Below, piece by piece: positions 31,107-41,230 of a DNA stretch of 64,000 nt. This stretch comes from an uncultured Bacteroidales bacterium (GTDB lineage Bacteria; Bacteroidota; Bacteroidia; Bacteroidales; VadinHA17). Position numbers and translations under genes: made by a program. The notes beneath the pieces were generated by a model, which saw only the letters and a program-made list of their open reading frames with translations, did no database searches and had not been told where the DNA came from. The stretch's first letter is position 1; each line of letters starts with the position of its first letter. The stretch spans positions 24,950-88,949 of the forward strand of contig CAWFKG010000018.1 in NCBI GenBank assembly GCA_963816365.1, read 5' to 3'.

Positions 31107-32567
31107 ATGAAACTCTGGGAAAAAGGGATTAATCCCGAACCTGCAATAATTGAGTTTACAGCAGGTAAAGACAGAAAAACCGATCTTGCCCTTACAAGAT
31201 GGGATATAATAGGTTCGATGGCTCATGTGATAATGCTCGAAAATGTCGGGTTGGTTTCAGAAGATGAAAAAAACGGCTTGTTAAAAGCTCTTCATTCATT
31301 GTTTGTATGGGATGAGGAAGGGAGCCTGGTGATCGAGAATGATGTCGAGGACATACATTCTCAGATTGAAAAGGAGATGTCTTCAATACTGGGTGCGACA
31401 GGCAAAAAAATCCATACCGGACGATCAAGAAATGATCAGGTGCTTGTTGATATACGTCTCTATACAAGGGAGGAGATCGATAAACTTTCGGTACTGATAC
31501 GTAAGCTATTTGTGAAGCTGCAGTCTCTGAGTGAGCAGCATAAAGAGGTACTTTTGCCTGGCTATACTCATATGCAGCCTGCTATGGTCTCTTCCTTTGG
31601 CTTGTGGTTTGGAGCATATGCAGAATGCCTGGCTGATGATATGCTTCTTTTGTCAGGTGCCAGGGCCCTGAATAATCAGAACCCTCTGGGTACAGCAGCA
31701 GGATATGGAACAACACTGCCTTTAAACAGGAAGCTGACATCGGATCTCCTTGAATTTGATGATCTTCTATATAACTCAGCCTATGCAAGTCTGAGCAGAG
31801 GCAAAATTGAAATGGCAATTGCATCAGCTCTTGCATCAGTAGCACAGACTCTTTCGCGCTTTTCAATGGATGTCTGTCTGTATATGACTTCTGAATTCAG
31901 ATTCATTGATTTTCCCGATGAATATATTACCGGTTCGAGCATAATGCCTCAGAAAAGAAATCCCGATGTATTTGAACTGATAAGAGGCAGATCAAATGTC
32001 CTTCAGACACTGCCAAATCAGATTGCAATCCTGACAACCAACCTGCCATCAGGTTATAACCGGGATCTTCAGCTTCTTAAACAGCTGATGTTTGATGCAT
32101 TCAGAGAGTTAACGGAATGTATGGAGATTATGCTTTTAATGCTCAATAATATAAAAATTAAGAAAAATATAACTGAAAATCCGTTATACAATACAATTTT
32201 CAGCACTGAGGAGGTGAACCGTCTGGTTAAACAGGGCATTCCGTTCAGAGATGCATATAAGGCAGTATCTGATATGGTTAAAAATTCAACATTCTCAAGA
32301 ACTTCAATGTCGGATTATGTTCATGAAGGGAGTATTGGAAATCTATGCAACAAAGAGATCGCTGAAATTTTTGAGAAGAGGATGGTGAGTTTTAAAAACA
32401 GGACTGCTGCTGAACTTGCCGACAAGATGATGCATCATGTGACAACGGACATCCAACGGACTCGTGAATTATTTAAGCGAAGTTTGAAAACTTCGCTTAA
32501 CTGTACGAAGTTTGAAGAATTCGCTTGCTGTGTTAATCATTTCTTGATTTTTCAATATTCTCAATAA
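31107..32567 (+). CDS. argH: Argininosuccinate lyase (3' end uncertain; ORF is ~40 codons longer than expected and overlaps carA)
   Basis: MKLWEKG...FTAGKDR..D......DI.GS.AH..ML, GKKIHTGRSRNDQV, and the signature GSSIMPQKRNPD. The ORF-track start 31026 lies inside the repeat, so the ATG at 31107 is preferred. Confidence 0.92.
   Translation: MKLWEKGINPEPAIIEFTAGKDRKTDLALTRWDIIGSMAHVIMLENVGLVSEDEKNGLLKALHSLFVWDEEGSLVIENDVEDIHSQIEKEMSSILGATGKKIHTGRSRNDQVLVDIRLYTREEIDKLSVLIRKLFVKLQSLSEQHKEVLLPGYTHMQPAMVSSFGLWFGAYAECLADDMLLLSGARALNNQNPLGTAAGYGTTLPLNRKLTSDLLEFDDLLYNSAYASLSRGKIEMAIASALASVAQTLSRFSMDVCLYMTSEFRFIDFPDEYITGSSIMPQKRNPDVFELIRGRSNVLQTLPNQIAILTTNLPSGYNRDLQLLKQLMFDAFRELTECMEIMLLMLNNIKIKKNITENPLYNTIFSTEEVNRLVKQGIPFRDAYKAVSDMVKNSTFSRTSMSDYVHEGSIGNLCNKEIAEIFEKRMVSFKNRTAAELADKMMHHVTTDIQRTRELFKRSLKTSLNCTKFEEFACCVNHFLIFQYSQ
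32475..32498. terminator. Perfect 10-bp-stem palindrome between convergent argH and carA (no U-tract)
   Basis: AAGCGAAGTT-TGAA-AACTTCGCTT. A weaker related copy lies at 32505-32525. It sits inside the extended argH ORF tail. Confidence 0.35.
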
Positions 32568-33618
32568 ACACATCAAACAGATAGTCAGTATCGGTTGGAC
32601 CACCCGATGCTTCAGGGTGAAACTGAGTTGAGAAGAAGGGTTTGCTTTTATGTTTCATACCCTCATTCGTCTGGTCATTGATATTGATGAAAAGAGGTTC
32701 CCATTCTGATCCAAGTGTTTTGTTATCGACTGCAAAACCATGATTTTGAGAAGTGATATATGCTTTGTCAGTACCTACCTGTAATACAGGCTGATTATGA
32801 CTTCTGTGGCCATATTTTAGTTTATAGGTATCGGCACCCGAAGCAAGAGCCATTAGCTGGTTTCCAAGACAAATGCCGAAAACAGGCTTATCCCCCTTAA
32901 AGGATTTTTCAATGTTTCCGATTGTGATTCCGCACATTTTAGGATCACCCGGACCGTTGGAAAGAAACAGTCCGTCATATTCTTCTGTATGAAAATCATA
33001 ATCCCATGGAACCCTTATAATGGTAGTATCTCTTTTCAACAGGTTTCTTATGATATTGTACTTTACGCCGCAGTCTACCAGCAGTATCTTGTATTTTCCT
33101 GAACCGTAGACTTTCTTTTCACGGGTGCTGACCTCTGCAACAAGATTCACTTTATTCGGATCATAGAATACGGTCTCTCTTCCTTCAGGTTCAACTTTGC
33201 CCAGCATTGCTCCCTTTTCGCGTATTCGTTTAGTCAGTGCTCTTGTATCGATTCCATAAATTCCAGGAACGTTATTTCTTTTCAACCACTCATCGAGGCT
33301 TTCAGTTGCATTCCAGTGGCTGTATTCAAAAGAGTAATCAGAGACAATTAATCCTGATATATGAACGGATGAAGATTCATAAAAACGGTAAAGATCATTT
33401 TCTTCACTCTTCCCCGGGGCACCGTAATTTCCGACAAGGGGATATGTAAGACACAGTATCTGTCCACGGTAAGATGGATCGGTCAGGCTCTCGGGATATC
33501 CGGTCATTGCCGTATTGAAAACCACTTCACCCGCTGCTGGAACACACGATCCAAATGATCGTCCATGATAAATTGTGCCGTCTTCCAGGGTCAGTCTGAC
33601 CTTTATACTGTTTTTCAT
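32533..33618 (-). CDS. carA: Carbamoyl-phosphate synthase small subunit (glutamine amidotransferase)
   Basis: Intact 361-aa ORF: GEVVFNTAMTGYPE.LTDPSY.GQI, GICLGNQL (catalytic Cys), QFHPEA. Confidence 0.96.
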   Translation of the reverse strand: MKNSIKVRLTLEDGTIYHGRSFGSCVPAAGEVVFNTAMTGYPESLTDPSYRGQILCLTYPLVGNYGAPGKSEENDLYRFYESSSVHISGLIVSDYSFEYSHWNATESLDEWLKRNNVPGIYGIDTRALTKRIREKGAMLGKVEPEGRETVFYDPNKVNLVAEVSTREKKVYGSGKYKILLVDCGVKYNIIRNLLKRDTTIIRVPWDYDFHTEEYDGLFLSNGPGDPKMCGITIGNIEKSFKGDKPVFGICLGNQLMALASGADTYKLKYGHRSHNQPVLQVGTDKAYITSQNHGFAVDNKTLGSEWEPLFININDQTNEGMKHKSKPFFSTQFHPEASGGPTDTDYLFDVFIENIEKSRND

Positions 33619-33638
33619 TTAATGTAAGATATTTCTGT

Positions 33639-34814
33639 TTATCTTATTGCTGAAACAGCTTTTTCAATCTGTTCCATAGCCTTTATAACCGTCTGATGGG
33701 TAGTGCCCAGATTCATTCTCATAAATCCATCGCCGCCAGGTCCAAATGTCGAACCTTCATTCATTCCGACTCCTGCCTTCCTGACAAAAAAATCCTGCAG
33801 CTCTTTTCCGGTCATTCCGAACTTCCTGCAATCCAGCCAGATCATATAAGTTGCTTCGGGTTGAACAGGAATAATTTCGGGGATCATTTCCCTGCAATAA
33901 TCCTTTACAAATTCAACATTGTGATCAACATAATCAAGTAATGCATCGAGCCATTTATGCCCGTGAGTATAGGCAGCAATGGAAGCTGTATTTCCAAATA
34001 TATTACCGTTGCCTATATGAAGATTATCAACGATCCGGTTAAAAGATTTTCTTAAGACCGGATTTGAGATTATTACTGATGAGGTTGAGAGGCCAGCCAG
34101 ATTAAAAGTCTTGCTTGGAGCTATTAAAGTGACCGTATTTTCAGCAATTTTTTCGGAAAGCGATGCGAGAGGGGTATGTACAAATCCAGGTAGTATGAGA
34201 TCACAATGTATCTCATCTGAAATGATTATGATATTGTTTTTCAGGCAAATATCGGCAAGATTGTTAAGTTCCTCAGGGGTCCAGACCCTTCCAACCGGAT
34301 TATGAGGACTCGATATAATTATCATTTTAGTTTTGCCGTCAATTCCGGCAGCCAGGGAAGAATAATCCATTACCCATCTTCCTTCCGACTCGGTCAATCT
34401 GTTATATATAAGATTACGTCCATGAGATTCTACCGCTGAAAAGAAAGGGAAGTATACCGGTGGCTGAACTATAATATTGTCGCCGGGTTGTGTAAAAGCC
34501 AGGGTACAGAAGTTCAATGCAGGAACAATTCCGGGACTGAAGGTGATCCATTCTTTTTCAACGTGCCAGTTATGTCTCGATTTTAACCAGCTGATCATTG
34601 ACTGAAAATATTCCGGAGGACGGAAAGAATAGCCGAAGATCTCATGTTCCAGACGTTTCTTAAGTGATCCGACAATAAAGTCAGGGGTTTTGAAATCCAT
34701 GTCTGCAACCCACATTGGTATGACATCTTTTACACCAAAAATCTCTTCGCGGCGGTCATACTTTATGCAATCAGTGCCCTCTCTTGCGGCATGTTCATCG
34801 AAATTCCACATCAT
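33639..34814 (-). CDS. PatB/MalY-type PLP-dependent C-S lyase (class I/II aminotransferase fold)
   Basis: Intact 391-aa ORF: REGTDCIKYD...IPMWVADMDF.TP, ISSPHNPVGRVW, IISDEIH.DL, PSKTFNLAGL. Confidence 0.82.
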   Translation of the reverse strand: MMWNFDEHAAREGTDCIKYDRREEIFGVKDVIPMWVADMDFKTPDFIVGSLKKRLEHEIFGYSFRPPEYFQSMISWLKSRHNWHVEKEWITFSPGIVPALNFCTLAFTQPGDNIIVQPPVYFPFFSAVESHGRNLIYNRLTESEGRWVMDYSSLAAGIDGKTKMIIISSPHNPVGRVWTPEELNNLADICLKNNIIIISDEIHCDLILPGFVHTPLASLSEKIAENTVTLIAPSKTFNLAGLSTSSVIISNPVLRKSFNRIVDNLHIGNGNIFGNTASIAAYTHGHKWLDALLDYVDHNVEFVKDYCREMIPEIIPVQPEATYMIWLDCRKFGMTGKELQDFFVRKAGVGMNEGSTFGPGGDGFMRMNLGTTHQTVIKAMEQIEKAVSAIR

Positions 34815-34970
34815 TAATAATGGTCTGGTTTCAGGGGCGTAAAGATAGATAAAATAACAATTTTAGCCAATTTAAGCATACAAGACTTCAGGCACTTAAT
34901 AGTTTCAAAATTATTTACTACTTTTATGGACAGTTTTTGAATGACGTACTAAAATTAAAATTAATTCAAG

Positions 34971-35799
34971 ATGAAAAAGATTTTTGCAGGTTTTATACTT
35001 CCATTGCTGATAATTGGTTTCACTTGTCTGAGTTCATGTAGTTCATGTAAAAACAGAACGACTGCGAAACAGAAAAAAGCTGAAAAAGAAGAAGTTAAAC
35101 AAATTCAGGGAAAGATCGAATCCAATGTTTATCCCTTGCCCACATCGGCTGAGGTTATAAAGATGCTAACTGACCTTGAAGTTGGTTACATAATCGGGAT
35201 ATCGAATCCGGTCGAAAATTCCAAAAGGTATTTCAGCAGTACGACAAGAGCTATTAACCTTGGCGTTTTTGGAGCAGATCTGAGTTATGCAACTCTTTAC
35301 AATCAGCAGCAATCAGTAATCAGATTATCTGGATGCTATAAGATCACTTGCCAATGAGCTCAACATGTCAAAAATTTATAATGAAGATTTATATACCAGG
35401 ATCAAACAAAATTATGACAATAAAGATGAACTGGTAAAGATCCTTACCAGCGCTTTCAACGATACTTATGCCATTCTGAGTGATAATGATCAGCAAAATT
35501 TAGCTTTGCTGGTTGTTGGCGGCGCATGGGTTGAGGGCATGTATCTGACAACACACGTTTCCGAAGCAGCTTACCAGGTTGCCGGAATATCAGGAGTATT
35601 GCTGAAACAGAAAGAATCTTTCGATCTCTATCTCGAAATTACAAAGCCATATCTCAATGATCCGAGCGTTAGCGATTTTGTAAAATTGCTCGATCCGGTT
35701 AAAAATGTTTATGCAGGACTAAGCACAAGTCTAACTGAACAGAATATTAAAGATATAACAAAAGTTATAGTTGATGTAAGAGAACAGATTGTAAAATAA
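34971..35799 (+). CDS. Hypothetical all-alpha lipoprotein; one frame break near 35330-35360
   Basis: ORFs 34971..35357 (signal plus lipobox LSSC) and 35365..35799. The sequence between reads DYLDAIRSLANELNMSK in the second frame, which joins them into a ~275-aa protein. The family is not recognised. Confidence 0.5.
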
Positions 35800-35821
35800 T
35801 ATTATTTTGATGATTCTTTGG

Positions 35822-35852
35822 CCGCAAAGAATAATTCTTTGCGGTCTTTTTT
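35822..35852 (+). terminator. Strong intrinsic terminator after the lipoprotein gene
   Basis: CCGCAAAGAA-TAA-TTCTTTGCGG (perfect 10-bp stem, 35822-35844) followed by TCTTTTTT. It uses the same CGCAAAG word as the argG-argH repeat. Confidence 0.75.
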
Positions 35853-35865
35853 ACTTTATGTTTTT

Positions 35866-38800
35866 ATGAGGGAATCGGTACTGCTAGCCTTAATTCATAT
35901 TTTTGCCATTGTTTCGACCATCAATCCTGCCGGAATATCCTCAAGGGGCAAAAAAATTCTGCGCAGTTACCTCAGGAGATATCTTAACCGTGAGCTTGAA
36001 GAGGAGTATTACTCACTGTTTGAAAATAATCTTGAATTCTATTCCAATGAACTAAAGAGCGTCGATAAAGCAGAGCTTGCTGACGACGAGTCTCTTATCT
36101 CATTCCAGATTACCAATATCTGCAGGCAGATAAAAAAAGGTCTGTTCCTTGAAGAACGAATGATCGTTTTTCTTCAGCTGATTGAATTTGCATTTGAAGA
36201 TGGCATGATCTCAGAACAGGAGAAAACAATTATAGACATAGTTGGGCGGACCTTCAATATTTCAAGGAAAGAATATGATAATGCAATAGCCTTCATGATT
36301 GGCAGATCTTATGACAATGTTTCGCCTGAATGCATACTGATAATTGAAAGTGATAATCCGGAATTATCCGGTGCAGGTATATATAATAATTACGACAAGT
36401 GGCGTCATATCAGATTAAAAGGGTTCAAGGGCCATCTTGTGGTAATGCATATTGAAAGTACAGGAACACTGCTTTTTACTTACGATGGCACCCTGGTTTT
36501 ATATTTCAAGGGCAGGGATATTATTGCATGCCGGCCCTATCTTCTTGACCGCGGGGTGAATATTAAGGGTCAGGGTATCGATCCGATTTACTATTCTAAA
36601 ATCTACAAAAAGTTCGTTTCCCGGAAATTTCCTGAAAAAATATTCTTTGAAGGTCACGATGTTGAATTTCAATTCAAGAACTCTGATAACGGGGTTCAGA
36701 AAATGAATTTCAGGGTTGAATCGGGCAATATGATAGGGATTATGGGCGGCAGCGGTGTAGGTAAAACCACAATGCTTAATTTGCTTCATGGCAAGATAAA
36801 GCCTACCTCAGGAAATATCTACATTAATGGTTATGATATCAATGAAGATTCTGAAGAGCTTAAAGGACTGATAGGATTTGTTCCGCAGGATGACATGCTT
36901 ATTGAGGAGCTGACGGTATATCAGAATCTCTATTTTAATGCACGGTTATGCTTTGGTGATTATAATGAAGAGCAATTAAAAAATACTGTGCAGAAGGTCC
37001 TTCAGGATCTTGAACTTTACGATATCAAGGATATGCAGGTAGGTGATATAATGAATAAGAAGGTAAGCGGTGGCCAGCGGAAGCGACTTAATATCGGTCT
37101 GGAACTTATGCGCGAACCGGTGGTACTGTTCATTGACGAACCAACATCAGGGCTGTCGTCCTTTGATTCTGAAAAAGTAATGAGCCTGCTTAGAAATCAG
37201 TCATTAAGCGGTAAGCTGGTATTTGTTAATATTCATCAGCCCTCATCCGATATTATTAAGATGTTCGACAGGTTGTGGCTGCTCGATAAAGGCGGATATA
37301 TGATTTATGATGGTGACCCGGTTGAGGCTCTGGTATATTTTAAAACAGAAACTTCACAGGCAAATGCAGCTGAAAGCGAATGTCCTAATTGCGGAAATGT
37401 TGAGACTGATAACATTTTGCATATTGTTGAGGTCAAAGTTATTGATAATTCGGGATATCCGGGAAAGGAAAGACAGATAAGCCCGAAAGAATGGTATGAG
37501 AAGTACAAAAAAAAGATGATGCCCGTTCTTGAGGAAAAGCCTTCCAAAAGTATTATTCCGCCCAGTAACTTCAGAGTCCCCAAAAAGGCCGACCAGATAA
37601 GAACCTTCATCAGGCGGAATATTACCCGGAAATTCGCCGACCGGCAATACATGACAATAAATCTTGTTGAAGCCCCATTGCTGGCGTTCATACTCGGATA
37701 TATATCAAAATTCAGTGAAAACGGAGGATACAGCTTCGCAAATAACAAAAATTATCCGGTATTCCTCTTTATGGCGGTAATTGTTTCGTTATTTATGGGA
37801 CTGACCGTAAGTGCTGAGGAGATCTACAGGGACAGAAAAATCCTTGAAAGAGAGAAATTTCTCGATCTGAGCAGATTAAGTTATCTGATTTCCAAGATCA
37901 ATTTTCTTTTTACGTTGTCGGCGATTCAATCATTTTCATTTATCCTGGTTGCTAATTTAATTCTCGAGGTAAAGGGAATGCTCGTGCCGCAATGGATCAT
38001 ACTTTTCTCAGCTGCCTGTTTCGGTAATCTTCTTGGGTTGAATATTTCGGCAGGAATGCGAACGGCAGTAAGCATTTATATACTCATTCCCCTTATACTT
38101 GTTCCACAGCTTCTGCTGGGTGGAGCCATGATAAAATTTGATGACCTCCACAAATCGATAAGCAATAAAATCTATGTACCCCTGGTAGGAGACTTAATGG
38201 TGACACGATGGTCGTATGAAGCATTATGTGTGGAACAATTCAAAACCAACAGATTTGAGAAACCTTTCTTTAAATATGACATGCGGATCAGCCAGAATGA
38301 CTGGTATGCCTCGTTTCTCGTACCATCGTTAAAAGTTACCGTCGATAATTGTATTGCTGACAGTAAAAAGCCTGACAAGAGGGTGGAAACCGAAGCAAAT
38401 CTGAGGAAGCTGAATTATCATATTAATAATCTTTCAGGCTTCACTGGAACTTTGCCGGGAAGCTGGGTTAGGAGCCTTAACTATCAGACCTTTGATAAAC
38501 CGGTCGGAACGGAGGTTAAGGCTTATCTTGATAGCCTGAAGATCTTATTCAGGGCAAGGAGCAACCTGGTCACTTACAAACGCGACTCGCTGTACAAACA
38601 GATATCGACCAGAATGGGAGAGGATCAGTTTATGAATCTGAGGTCGCAGAATTATAATGAAAACCTGGCAAACTTTGTACTTAACAGGCTGGCCATAAAT
38701 AAAATATATGATGCAGGCGATGAATTAATTCAAAAAGCTGACCCGATCTTTATGGCACCGGGATCAAAATGCGGAAGGGCTCATTTTTTTGCACCCTATA

Positions 38801-38979
38801 AACAAATCGGAAATCTGAAAATAGAGACCCTGATATTTAATATGCTTGTCGTCTGGATAATGATCCTTGGCTTATTTGTAACACTATATTATAATGTCCT
38901 TAAGCGCTTTATCGGATTCCTTGAATCGCTTAAATTGCCTATACTCAGAAAGTTCGGAAGGGACCTGCTTCAGGTTTAA
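35866..38979 (+). CDS. Large ABCG-like half-transporter: TerB-like N-terminal module, unassigned beta-rich segment, ABC ATPase, ABC-2 membrane domain with a long insert
   Basis: Intact ORF. The ORF-track TTG start at 35818 lies upstream of the terminator, so the ATG at 35866 is preferred (1037 aa). It carries Walker A GIMGGSGVGKTT, signature VSGGQRKRL, Walker B VLFIDEPTSGL and NIHQPS (ABCG-type H-loop). The N-terminus has LEERMIVFLQLIEFAFEDGMISEQEKTIIDIVGRTFNISRKEY. There are multiple TM segments after ~aa 600. Confidence 0.8.
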   Translation: MRESVLLALIHIFAIVSTINPAGISSRGKKILRSYLRRYLNRELEEEYYSLFENNLEFYSNELKSVDKAELADDESLISFQITNICRQIKKGLFLEERMIVFLQLIEFAFEDGMISEQEKTIIDIVGRTFNISRKEYDNAIAFMIGRSYDNVSPECILIIESDNPELSGAGIYNNYDKWRHIRLKGFKGHLVVMHIESTGTLLFTYDGTLVLYFKGRDIIACRPYLLDRGVNIKGQGIDPIYYSKIYKKFVSRKFPEKIFFEGHDVEFQFKNSDNGVQKMNFRVESGNMIGIMGGSGVGKTTMLNLLHGKIKPTSGNIYINGYDINEDSEELKGLIGFVPQDDMLIEELTVYQNLYFNARLCFGDYNEEQLKNTVQKVLQDLELYDIKDMQVGDIMNKKVSGGQRKRLNIGLELMREPVVLFIDEPTSGLSSFDSEKVMSLLRNQSLSGKLVFVNIHQPSSDIIKMFDRLWLLDKGGYMIYDGDPVEALVYFKTETSQANAAESECPNCGNVETDNILHIVEVKVIDNSGYPGKERQISPKEWYEKYKKKMMPVLEEKPSKSIIPPSNFRVPKKADQIRTFIRRNITRKFADRQYMTINLVEAPLLAFILGYISKFSENGGYSFANNKNYPVFLFMAVIVSLFMGLTVSAEEIYRDRKILEREKFLDLSRLSYLISKINFLFTLSAIQSFSFILVANLILEVKGMLVPQWIILFSAACFGNLLGLNISAGMRTAVSIYILIPLILVPQLLLGGAMIKFDDLHKSISNKIYVPLVGDLMVTRWSYEALCVEQFKTNRFEKPFFKYDMRISQNDWYASFLVPSLKVTVDNCIADSKKPDKRVETEANLRKLNYHINNLSGFTGTLPGSWVRSLNYQTFDKPVGTEVKAYLDSLKILFRARSNLVTYKRDSLYKQISTRMGEDQFMNLRSQNYNENLANFVLNRLAINKIYDAGDELIQKADPIFMAPGSKCGRAHFFAPYKQIGNLKIETLIFNMLVVWIMILGLFVTLYYNVLKRFIGFLESLKLPILRKFGRDLLQV

Positions 38980-38981
38980 TT

Positions 38982-39008
38982 GCACAGGGCACAGGGCACA
39001 CGGCACAC
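38982..39008. repeat. Heptamer tandem repeat GCACAGG x ~3.8 immediately after the ABC gene stop
   Basis: GCACAGGGCACAGGGCACACGGCACAC. Confidence 0.7.
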
Positions 39009-39067
39009 TGAGCTCTGAGCCCGGAGCAATATTAGCCAAATTGAATTAACGGAGGGTTTAAAGAAAT

Positions 39068-39859
39068 ATGGAAAATAGAAGCAGAGTATATCCAAAAAAG
39101 AATCTTGGTCAGCATTTTCTGAAAGACACCGGCATTGCCAGAAAGATAGCCGACTCTCTCACAGGTAACGGATACAGCACCGTACTTGAGATTGGTCCGG
39201 GTATGGGAATACTTACAGGTTACCTGCTTGAACGGGGTTTTAAAGATTTTCGTGTTATTGAAATTGATAACGAATCGGTCCATTATATTAAAACCCACTT
39301 TCCCCAACTTAATAATGTCATCACAGGTGATTTCCTTTCGATGGATATAGATAAATTCTTCAACGACAAAATGGCCATTATCGGGAATTTCCCATATAAT
39401 ATTTCGACACAGATATTTTTTAAGGTTCTTAAGCATCGTGAAAAGATAATTGAAATAGCAGGGATGTTGCAGAAAGAGGTCGCAGAGAGGATTTGCGCAG
39501 GTCCCGGTTCTAAAACTTATGGCATCCTTAGTGTGCTCCTTCAGGCATTTTATAAAACAGAATATCTCTTTACTGTTCCGGAACATGTTTTTTCGCCACC
39601 TCCGAAGGTAAAATCGGGAGTTATCAGATTAATAAGTAACGAGGTTAAAGAACTGGACTGTGATGAGAAGCTATTTTTCAGAGTAGTTAAAGCTTGCTTT
39701 AACCAGCGAAGGAAAACATTAAGGAACTCGGTAAGAGCGGCATTTGATCTGAATCGCGACGACTACCATGAATTCGGATTACGACCAGAACAACTGACCG
39801 TCGATCAGTTTGTCGCACTGACTGTCTGGATAGAGGAGAACATGATAAAATCAGAATGA
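39068..39859 (+). CDS. rsmA: 16S rRNA (adenine1518/1519-N6)-dimethyltransferase
   Basis: Intact 263-aa ORF: [45 protein letters not shown]. Confidence 0.94.
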   Translation: MENRSRVYPKKNLGQHFLKDTGIARKIADSLTGNGYSTVLEIGPGMGILTGYLLERGFKDFRVIEIDNESVHYIKTHFPQLNNVITGDFLSMDIDKFFNDKMAIIGNFPYNISTQIFFKVLKHREKIIEIAGMLQKEVAERICAGPGSKTYGILSVLLQAFYKTEYLFTVPEHVFSPPPKVKSGVIRLISNEVKELDCDEKLFFRVVKACFNQRRKTLRNSVRAAFDLNRDDYHEFGLRPEQLTVDQFVALTVWIEENMIKSE

Positions 39860-41099
39860 GAAGCCAATTGCTTCTACCGGGTTCATTTTAGCTGCAGCAT
39901 TAGCCGGTGCATAACCCGCAACGATACCTATTATTCCGGAGATGAAAACTGCAAGTACTGTATTGCCGACTGTAAGATACATGTTCAGATCCCAGAGATA
40001 ATTTACTACCACAGTGCCAAGAAATATCATGAATACTCCAAGCAATCCACCTATTATTGACAGTAACATGGATTCGACCAGAAATTGCTGAAGTATGAAA
40101 AATTTCTTTGCTCCGAGAGCTTTCTGTATACCAATAATATTTGTTCTCTCCCTTACCGAGACAAACATGATATTTGCTATTCCAAAACCTCCCACGAGGA
40201 TTGAAAATCCTCCAATGATCCAACCTCCTATGTTTATGGCAACAAAAATTGAATCCAGTCCCTGCGAAAGCATACTCGCCTGGTTGACCGAGAAATTTGA
40301 TAATTCTTCGGGCCTGAGACTGCGGGCAGCTCTTAGTATCATCGTTGTTTCATCACTTAATTCTTGGATGGCAACACCCGGTTTTGCTTTTATCATTAAT
40401 TGTGCATCAATGAACTGGTTCTTCATATTGATAAACGTTCTGCCAAAGTTCAGCGGTACAAGTGTTAATTCATCCATCCCATTATCGCTTATTCCGCCTT
40501 TACCTTCTTTTTTTAATACACCGATTACCAGTAGTTTTGAATCCGGCAATTACTATCTCTTTTCCAACCGGATCAGTTTTATCAAATAATTTCGTTGCTA
40601 TTTCATACCCAAGCAGAGCTACGTTCTTTCCTGAAGAGGTTTCGGAGGGAGAAAAATATCTGCCTCTGTCAATTTCAAACGACCTGATATTCTGAAATTC
40701 CTGGGTCATTGCTGCGATTGTCACATCGTTCGCTATATTGTTCCTGTATTTTATCTTCTCAGGCTGAGCTACCAGGAAACAAGAGGTGACTGATTTGGTT
40801 GACTTTTTTAAAATTGCCTGATAATCACGGTCTGAGATTGATGGCCATTTTATGATATCCCACCAGGCCAGATTAGGATCAAATGACCATGGAAATTTCT
40901 GAACATATATTACATTATCGCCGAGAGTTGAAACGCTGTCGCGGATAGATTTTTCCATCCAGTCCAGCGCTGTGAATACCGATATAATTGAAAAGATACC
41001 GATTGTAATCCCGAAGAGTGACAGGAAGGTCCTTAGCTTATTAACAATAACAGAGTTAACAGCAAACAGAAAGCCTTCTTTGAAAAGTCTGAAAAACAT
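39851..41099 (-). CDS. FtsX/MacB-like ABC transporter permease, paralog 1; one frame break near 40520
   Basis: [39 protein letters not shown] (N-terminal TM), a MacB-type periplasmic domain, then the C-terminal FtsX domain [35 protein letters not shown]. The 3' end overlaps the rsmA stop by 9 nt. Confidence 0.82.
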
Positions 41100-41230
41100 G
41101 CTAACGTTTTTATCAAGATTTATTAAAAGGTCAAAGATAAGAAAACCTGAATCAATGTCTAAATAAGAACATGTAAATTGCCTGTAATTAAATTGTGATG
41201 ATTACAGTACTGACCTGCAGAGTTGTGAGA

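Noticed and set aside
30957-31226. 89-aa minus-strand ORF (…RKGRKGLRKVRKE…) and the 27-codon 5' extension of the argH ORF
   Set aside because: Both are translations of the CGCAAAG/CTTTGCG palindrome. ArgH homology begins at the ATG at 31107.
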